This document shows, one piece after another, positions 55,026 through 64,000 of a DNA stretch of 64,000 nt. The notes under the pieces are model-generated. The model ran no database searches and was not told where the DNA came from. It worked only from the letters and a program-made list of their open reading frames with translations. Every line of letters starts with the position of its first letter. Positions within the stretch are counted from its first letter, which is position 1. The DNA is from Eledone cirrhosa (lineage: Eukaryota): contig OZ024741.1 in the NCBI GenBank assembly GCA_964016885.1, positions 302,932,001 through 302,996,000 of the forward strand. Direction: 5' to 3'. The position numbers were made by a program, and so were the translations under genes.

Positions 55026-55420
55026 CGATATCATTTCGGAAGAAGGATCAGGATGGAGAGAGAAGTGCTGCACCCCAGTCGTTTTTATGAAAGATGGGTG
55101 AAAGTAGCGAGAATGGCCCGTGTGAATGGGCCTTCACTCTACATCAGACTGTAGGTGAGAAAGATGAAAGATCAAGGGAGCACCCTCTCTCTGTGCTCCT
55201 GAGGAGAAGGGTTGCACACTTTTTCGGGGGTGTGTGCGACCCCCCAAGGCGCCTCCTCCCTATTGAGGATTTTGTTATTCAATTTATTTTTGTTATATTT
55301 TATATTTTATATTTTTATATTTTGTTATTGCCTCCTCGTTATTGAGGACGCCTTTTTATGTAAACTCCCCCCATTGTACTTGTGCCACTCTTTGACGCCC
55401 TGGTGGCAAATAAAAAGAAA

Positions 55421-55421
<1 letters not shown>
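55026..55421 (+). mobile_element. Tx1-like LINE 3' stub in (TATC)n
   Basis: YHFGRRIRMEREVLHPSRFYERWVKVARMARVNGPSL* is homologous to the C-terminus of the next copy; AATAAA-containing end then (TATC)n. Confidence 0.8.
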
Positions 55422-55494
<73 letters not shown>

Positions 55495-55495
55495 A

Positions 55496-56529
55496 CCACG
55501 AAGTGGGCAGAGTGCAAACTGTCTTTGAAAGGTCGAGCGGAGGTGGCGAACACTTTCATAGCGTCCGTCATCTACTACCGCTTGACTGTCGTACCTTGTC
55601 CCCGTGAATACCTCACCAAGATGGAACGCATGCTCTTCCAGTTCCTGTGGAAGAAGCAGGCTCCACTGGTGAGGAGATCCGTCTGCTGTCAACACCCTTC
55701 CAACGGAGGGCTGGGCATGCCGTGGCTAATGATGCACAAACATGCGCTGAGGCTACGGCATCTTCAGGTATTCCTCACCGACCAACCAGTGTGGGCACCG
55801 TTTGAGACAGGCCTTCCCACAACTTGTCTCGCTGACGGAGCTGCAGTCCTGGGTCAAGCGAAGACCGAAGATGGGCGCCTGGCACACTGAATGCGCCCAG
55901 GCTCTCACAGTCCTCTGTACACTGCTCGGGCGTAAGCGACCTGTGGAACTATGCAGAACAACTGCTGTCGCGTATGGGACAAATCCAGTTGACTGCCGAT
56001 TCCATAGTAAGGATCAAACCGCCAGCCTCTTTCAAAATCGAAAGAGAGGCAGTTTTCTTCTGTACAGTGGCTATGGTGAAAGAGGTTATATGGTGGACGA
56101 GATTGAGAGGACTGAGGACAGATGCCTTTCTCTCCGGACAACGATTGAATCCCTTCTTTAAGTATCACTTTAGAAGAAGAATCAGAGTGGAGAGAGAGGC
56201 ACTGCACCCCAGTAAATTTACTGAAAGGTGGGTGAATGAAGCGAAAATGGCCCGAGTGATTGGGCCTTCTCTGTTTATAAGCATGTAGGTTGAAGAAGAG
56301 AGCAAAGGAAGAATGGAGCACTTGCACAACACGCTCCTGAAGTTGAGGGTTGTTCTATCGACGGGGTATTAAACAACCCATTTGTAACGCCTCCCCCCTA
56401 TTGGGGATTTCGATTGTTGAATTTGTTTGTTTTAAAAACCTTTTTTTTATACGATTGTATGTAAAATCCCCGGCATATGTCCTTGTATTGTCCCCTTTTC
56501 TTGTGCGCCCTTGTGACAAATAAAGAAAT
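55496..56529 (+). mobile_element. 5'-truncated, frameshifted Tx1-like LINE in (TATC)n
   Basis: LSLKGRAEVANTFIASVIYY...FQFLW...P..GGLGMP, typical of the L1/Tx1 post-RT region; ends aataaagaaa followed by (TATC)n. Confidence 0.85.
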
Positions 56530-56545
56530 ATATCTATCCATCTAT

Positions 56546-56615
<70 letters not shown>

Positions 56616-56957
56616 CTACCCACCACGCCTCTTCCCCATCTATCTCTCACTCCCTTTTCTATAATCCCCCATCTACGAATACTCAATATGTTTCACTCCA
56701 TCAATCTTTCTAATTTTTTTTAGATTTCTTTCTCGTTTCTTGACACATTTACCTATTTTCTTCTTTTTCGGTTCTTTTTCTCTTTCTGGCTCTCGCCTTT
56801 GTTTCTTAATTATATTAGGTACCTTTCCTAGTCTGTCATGGCTTACCAGCTCTATACGGATTGATTAAATAAATAAATAAATAAACACCCTCTCTGTTTC
56901 TGCCCTTGTTATTGCCCTCATCAGTTTTCACATTTTCAACTACTACTACATCGTGTT

Positions 56958-57053
<96 letters not shown>

Positions 57054-59642
57054 TAAAGCAAAAAATTGCTTTACATTAAGGTAAGAATATGTGTCCAGGT
57101 GCATAAGTTATTGTTTTACTGTATTTTGCGTTACATAGTTACTGGCTTAAATGTATAATTGCTTATTAAAAAGAAAAAAAAAATGACGAAACACTTATTT
57201 CAGAGATGATGCTCTAACAAGAAATCTCTTGTACGACATATGGTTTATAATAGGAAAAAACTGTTAAGACATTATATAACCCTATAACGTTCCTCTCATA
57301 TAAAAAGGAAAGGGCATAACAGTCATATGTACTAGTTTACTGTATTCTTTTCTGTCCTTGTGTTTGAACTTTTGGTGACTGAACTTTAAAAAAGCTGACG
57401 TTAAAAAACGCTCGATTTTCCATTTGTCTAAGGATTTCCATTCACAACTCAGGTTTTGTAGGGTTGTAAAGAAAATGTTAGACGGATTGTCGCACTTTCT
57501 ATTTTAACAAGTAATACGCTAGAGATATGTACAATAAGTCAAAAGTAAATCGAAAGATATTTGTTGCTACGTTGTTTTTTAGCCCCAAACCACTTCTGAT
57601 CAAATAGATATATGATCAAATTTATTCTAGAAGAAACCAACCGATCACTTTCTAACAATCATAGTGTGCTTAAAATGATATTACTCGATTTAGCGGGCTT
57701 CGACTGTGAATCGAAAGATGGTTGTACAGACGATGTACACATTCACAGATTAATGACACATTAGAATCATAATAATATAAGAATCTGTATTGCATCTCGG
57801 ACCAGTGCCATTACCATATCAATGCCTTGTGAGTAAGATTTGGTCGACGGAAACCGTTTGGAAACCTGTCGAATGGAATTCAAAAGGCCAGGCTTTTATA
57901 AAAAATGTAAGTATCTATAAGAACATACATGCTCTGATGTTATAGTGTTAAGCAAATAAATCCATTCCTACCTAGGGTTAGAGGTAAGTCTACAGCAGAT
58001 GATATATCTGGAGAACTAGGGTATACATTTCTGGACCATCGCCGAAATGGACGATGGTCCAGAGATTCGATCAACGTAATGGCCTGTTTATGAAATTAAT
58101 AAGTGGCTGAGCAGTCCATATACATGTCTACCCTCAACGTAATTTCGAAGAGATTCGGTGTGATTCAGTGTGTGTCCAATGCTGGCATTTTTGAATTATA
58201 AGTACAGTCCCTCCGACGGGTTTCCAAATGGTTTTCATCTATCTAAATTCACTTACAAGGCATGGGTTTACCCAAGGTTCTGGTAATGACACTTGCTCAA
58301 GATGTTACGTAGTAGGATCGAATGCGGGACCTAGTGATTGTGATGCGAACTTTTTAACCATTCGACCATGCTGCGCCTATTGAGGAACTGTTTCATATTG
58401 AGTGTCAGCTAGACACAGCGGATCTGAACTTAAACCCACGTAGTAATGATTCAATAGCTTATCTTACGTTTTATTTTTTGTAGACATTTTATTTGTTCAT
58501 TGGCTTTGAAACCGAATTTATTCTACAAAAAATATAAACTTTACGTTCTACTTTTTTTTTCTTTCTTTTAATATAAATTCATCGAGTGCAATGACGAACG
58601 CTTTCCTTGCCTACAATCTCTTGGGCATTTAAAACCAAACAGAGCCCATTCCCTTTCCAAATTCAGACACGGCCAATTTCTTCCAGAAAGGGGTATAGAT
58701 ATATATATATATATAGGAAGATATATATATAGAGAGAGAGAAAGAGAGGGGGAGTGAGAAGAATACATAGAAGAAGAATCGACTGCAGAGTGCACTGGTA
58801 CTTAATTAAATGATGGAAGGCAAAGTAAGCCTGGGCGGATTGGAACCCAGAGAGTGCAGACAGTCGGAACGAATACCGCTAAGCATTCTATCCTATCTTC
58901 TAACGGCTTATTTGAGTTAAAATAGGTGTTTAATCATTGTCACCGATCTTGGTACTTGCATGGTACTTATAATGTAAAGATGGAGAGTCAGGTCAACCTC
59001 TGACACACACACACAACCCCATCCCTCCTAAAAAAATCTTTCTCAACCAATTTTATCCCTTCAACTATACCGCACCAAATGTTTCGATTAAGTGACTTGC
59101 TAACAATCAACGTCCTTGGGGTAAATTTATCAAAATACAAAAACAATAGAGAGTGAAAGCCAACTCTAATAACAGGCGTAGAGACAGAATCCCCCTTGAC
59201 ATGCAGACAACCCACAGCGCAAATAACATGCTATATTTTCAATTTTTACCCAGTGTGAACCCCACTTAGTGCAATGTGCATTAGTTTGATGCAATCTGAT
59301 CCTATATCTTGAAATAGATCCTATCATCACACAATCACGGAAAAAAGAAAGAGTTGTGTTGAAAGACGGTTTCTTTTCGAGGTCTGACGATCTGTAACGT
59401 AACACATTTTTATATCGTTTTTCCTCCACTATTCCATCTCCCCCCTCACCCTCTCTTTCACTCTACAATCTCTCTTTTACTCACTCTTCTGGCTTTTCCC
59501 TATGCTTTCTCTTACATTCTCATTAATTTTATTCTCACTCCAATAGTCTCAGTTCTCCTTCATACTTCGTTGATCACAAATTAGCATACAACAAAATTAA
59601 AAATAAAGTTGATTTAACAACAACATGACAACAAAACATAGT

Positions 59643-59850
59643 AATAGTTTCTTATATAGGAACAAGGCCAGCATTTTGGGGGAGGGGCAAGTCGATTAAA
59701 TCGACTCCCATTGCGTTACTGATACTTTATGTTATCGTCCCGTAAGGATGAAAAGCGAAGCTAACCTCGACGACGTTTGTACTCAGAACGTAAAGGGCCG
59801 TAACCATATGCCGAAAAGCATGTTATCCGACGCTCTACTGATACTGCCAA
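59643..59850 (-). mobile_element. SINE family 1
   Basis: Reverse-complement SINE tail, core and head. Confidence 0.78.
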
Positions 59851-60086
59851 ATCACAGGCCACAAGGTCGCATTCATGCAATGCAAAACGTCTTATAGAAA
59901 ATAAGTCAACAAAGGCGAAGACGTGCGAATATATATATAGTCACTTATAGTCACTTATATATTATGAAATACTGTTGGCTTCACGCTCACAACAATTTCT
60001 ATACTTTAATTTATATATATGTATATATATAGTCCAGAAATAGCCGTCGAAACGGCTTGAGCTCTGCCGTCGGGGTCATACTTTTT

Positions 60087-60151
<65 letters not shown>

Positions 60152-60158
60152 TAACGAG

Positions 60159-60195
<37 letters not shown>

Positions 60196-60201
60196 AACGA
60201 G

Positions 60202-60275
<74 letters not shown>

Positions 60276-60289
60276 GCGAGTTAAAAATA

Positions 60290-60670
60290 TTTCTTCTTCT
60301 TGTTGAGAGGGTCGTGATGGCAGTGTCCTCAAACACTCCTTCCAGGGGTCCTGACAAAAGCAACCGTCTTCAACTGATCCGGCTGGATCCCTAAGTGAGA
60401 CCAGCCAAGCTCATGGATGTTATGCAACCATCTTGCCCGGGGTCGACCCCTGGGTCTCCTATTGATTGGTTTTGCGTGTAAAATCTGTAGCGGCTCTACC
60501 TGGAGTGACCCTCTGGTCTCCGAGCTACGCACTCTATCAAGTAACGTTACCCCAAAGACCTTTCGGAGAAAACCCATTTCGGCCGCTTGTATTCTCCATC
60601 GTATTCTTTCAGTCTTTATCCAAGATTCATGACCATATGTAGGGGTTAGAACTTCTGCAAACTAAATGCT
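60290..60670 (-). mobile_element. RTE (GAA-tail family) 3' fragment with internal deletion
   Basis: MGFLRKVFGVTLLDRVRSSETRGSLQVEPL|QILHAKP..RRPRGRPRARWL. Confidence 0.8.
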
Positions 60671-61539
60671 ACGAAATTGTAAATCAGTTGTATTTTGTGG
60701 TCCTGTACTCGCCACTTCTTTGAAAATCATCGTACCATTTGTTTTGTCCCTTTTTAGACTCAATAAGAAACGAATTAGGCTTGAGCTCTCCTTTCGAATT
60801 ACTGTGATGTTGAAGCACTCCGAAGTTGCATAGGCGCAGTCTTTTTGTTTTATTGTTGCCGACATATTCCCATCCATCCTCATTCCCCATCTCATTATTG
60901 CTGCAAGATAATAGATAATATTACTATTCAAAAAGGTACAGCTACATTATACCCACCCTTCTCCACTCACCATATCTCTATCACCGAACAACGTTGGATG
61001 ATACTACTGCCCAAAGCGTTACCATTACACTACTCATCTTCTCTGTATCACCGCAAGACAATGGATTATACTACTGTTGAAAGTTGTACCACTACACTGC
61101 AGCATCAGTCCTATGATAGAGAAGAAAAGTTACTGGATTTTTGGTCCCTACAACAAATTCCGGGGGATGGCGGGATTGAGATGTGTCGATTTCGTGTGCT
61201 ACTGCTTTGTTTAATTTTTGTTTTGAAAACAATGGTAGCAAAAATCATGGTCTCCTCTCCTGAGACATGCTGTTGTCTCTGTTGTTGCTGTTGTTACGTC
61301 TGCGACTATTTTCCTCCCATTTTTCTTTTTTGGTCTTGCTCTTAAGTGATATATAAATTTTAATGTAAAAATGAAATTGTTACATCTGTCACACAAAGCA
61401 CAACATTTTACCATAGGTTTACTATGCACTTGCAACAATGGAATCACTGCTACACATTTCCATGCAGTACATGCAGTACATGCAAAAGAAAAATCGATAA
61501 TACTATAGTTCTATAAAATATTTCACACAAAACAAGGCG

Positions 61540-62170
61540 AAGAGCTATGCTTTACTAATATGAACTTTAAATCAAAATTAACACAAATACAGTCAGTATA
61601 CGTGAAACAAATTATAATGATTATCAACCTTCAACCGTTGAGAAATTTTAGATTACGCATCTATGAATTTCTAGCATTCCTACGTTCCTTTATAACCACT
61701 AATAAGTATGTAACCAATACGCTACTAGTATCACCATTCTGACACTGAAGATAGGGCTGTTAGGTCTCCAAACGTTAATACATAATAGTTTTATTAAACA
61801 GAAACTACATAATATAATAACTGCAGCTTGATAACCCCTGTCTTCCCCAGTTGGTGCCTGATGTTGTCCATGGTTGGTTTACATAATTGGGATTGTAGGT
61901 TAGCGGGGGTCGGTTTAGCGGTGGTTATGAGTGCAGATTTACGGTGTTTTCTGAGTGTTTTGTTTACGGGTTAAGGCAATCTGAGAGGTTCTTTTTTCGG
62001 TTTAAAGTAATCCGCAGTCTTATTTACATACATTTAGCAACACTATTGTTCCAAACTAAGCATAAAGGATTAATAAAGAAATACGAAAAATCCTTAATAA
62101 AAATGATCATGCTGGAACATAGTCGTTTTTTCCAATGTTTGAATGAAAAGTTATTCCCTATTATACAAAT
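61540..62170 (+). mobile_element. Probable decayed PLE terminal repeat (degenerate hammerhead + ORF N-terminus)
   Basis: CUGAAGA..stem..CAAACGUUA at 61745-61777; [21 protein letters not shown] resembles PLE N-termini; ends at a microsatellite. Confidence 0.4.
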
Positions 62171-62203
62171 GCACACGCACACACACACTCACACATACAC
62201 ACG

Positions 62204-62301
<98 letters not shown>

Positions 62302-62373
62302 CACACACACATATATGTATGCATGAATATATGTATGTATATGCATGTTTTATATATATGTATATATATATCT

Positions 62374-62434
<61 letters not shown>

Positions 62435-62437
62435 CAT

Positions 62438-62521
<84 letters not shown>

Positions 62522-62524
62522 CAT

Positions 62525-62629
<105 letters not shown>

Positions 62630-62840
62630 CGTATGTATGTACATAAAGAAAATATTATTTTGACTGCATCGGATCTAATCAGGGTGGAATGTTCTGAGAA
62701 ATGGCTTAAGCCTGAATCGTATTATTGGCTTGGCAGGCGAGAGGTAGTTCATTAATTTCAGGGAACTAAGTCTGTTAGACCTATTAACCACTTTGTGTAA
62801 TCACGGTTGAGTTGGTGTTTGTGCTACAACAATATAATAT

Positions 62841-62841
<1 letters not shown>

Positions 62842-62910
<69 letters not shown>

Positions 62911-62928
62911 GACCACCACCACCACCAT

Positions 62929-63012
<84 letters not shown>

Positions 63013-63060
63013 CACCACCACCACCACCACCACCACCACCACCATCACTATTATTACTAC
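62842..63060. repeat. (CTA/CCA)n trinucleotide repeat
   Basis: Direct. Confidence 0.92.
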
Positions 63061-63429
63061 TCTTATTGCTACCATAATTCTAGTAGTAGTACAGTATTTG
63101 TAATTCTAAGTGAGAACTTGCCAATTCTAAGTGAGATTAAAGATTTAAGGAGCTCAGAAAATTGAACTATAATATATACAAAACTTTTAACCAACATCTT
63201 AACGAGTCTGCCAGGCTATAGCCCTAATACAATAAATGTGGGTGATTTAATAAATTTATAGAGAAAACACAACTAATTATATTGATTAATTAATATTATT
63301 TATTATAATAAAACACCCAAAAGGAACAACGCGAAATAATTAAAAATAATAAACAACCTGTACATAGGTGTAAAGCTGCCACCTGCATTGATCAAGGCTC
63401 CCCACTGTTCTGTTTACGAATATTCTTTA

Positions 63430-63945
63430 ACGTTTCCATGCTGTGGAGTCTAGAACTTTCCGTGAGGTTTTCTCAGGTCAGAAAAGGCGGGTATTGATCT
63501 ACCCCAAGTTCTGCTACTTGTTGATATGTATGTATCGATTCATAACACCCGATGAAGTCGAAGGGATGCCGTCGTCTGAACACAGTCGATTTCTTCCAGA
63601 GAATGACAGAGAGAGAATGAGGGAGTGAGAAAGGGGAAAAAATCGACCTTAATACTGAACAGTTACTTCTTTTATCGACCTCGAAACGTTTCCGTATAGT
63701 GTTTCATGCTCTAGTGTCTAGAATCTTCCATGAGGTTTTCTTGGAATAGAATAGGTGGGATGTGATCCATGTTCTGCTGCTTCTTGATATGAATGTATCG
63801 ACTCATAAACCTTGATGGAATCGAAGGGATGTTGTCGTCTGAATATAGCCGAATACTTCTAGAGAATGAGAGAGAGAATGAGAAATCAAGAGGGAGTGAG
63901 AAATCGACCCAGTACTGAACTAGTACTTTTTTATCGACCTCGAAA
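63430..63945. repeat. Diverged ~255-bp tandem duplication ending in a SINE tail
   Basis: aacgtttcc...ttatcgacctcgaa occurs twice (63430-63685 and 63685-63945). Confidence 0.7.
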
Positions 63946-64000
63946 GATTATTTGAACTCAGCGGGAGCAAACAACCAGAACAAATACTGCACAACATTCT

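Noticed and set aside
63430-63600. Ancient mariner-type transposase remnant on the minus strand (SDD..., INK...WG-like words)
   Set aside because: Requires several frameshifts to assemble; too degenerate to call without a tblastn/HMM search.

Overview
AT-rich, microsatellite-saturated eukaryotic non-genic DNA (intronic or intergenic). The SINE and repeat content suggests an octopod cephalopod, but this is inference. No host protein-coding gene is supported, and almost all ORFs in the track are translated microsatellites. The real content is retroelement-derived: (1) a full-length but disrupted RTE-clade LINE (9549-13505) with three C-terminal C2H2 fingers; (2) two ~0.6 kb non-autonomous derivatives of it that fuse its 5' UTR to its 3' end at an identical junction, plus a second independently derived bipartite element; (3) two 5'-truncated Penelope-like elements (Neptune-like and Hydra-like, RT + GIY-YIG) with inverted terminal repeats; (4) about 16 small hammerhead-ribozyme motifs in short inserts within or next to microsatellites, several in a recurrent 'fold-back + tail' architecture whose inversion breakpoints often fall at the ribozyme core; (5) Tx1-like LINE ends stacked in (TATC)n; (6) about 20 tRNA-type SINEs, hAT and Tigger MITEs, a non-autonomous Helitron and a 170-bp higher-order GGT satellite. 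All coordinates were read by eye, so the ends of degenerate elements are approximate.
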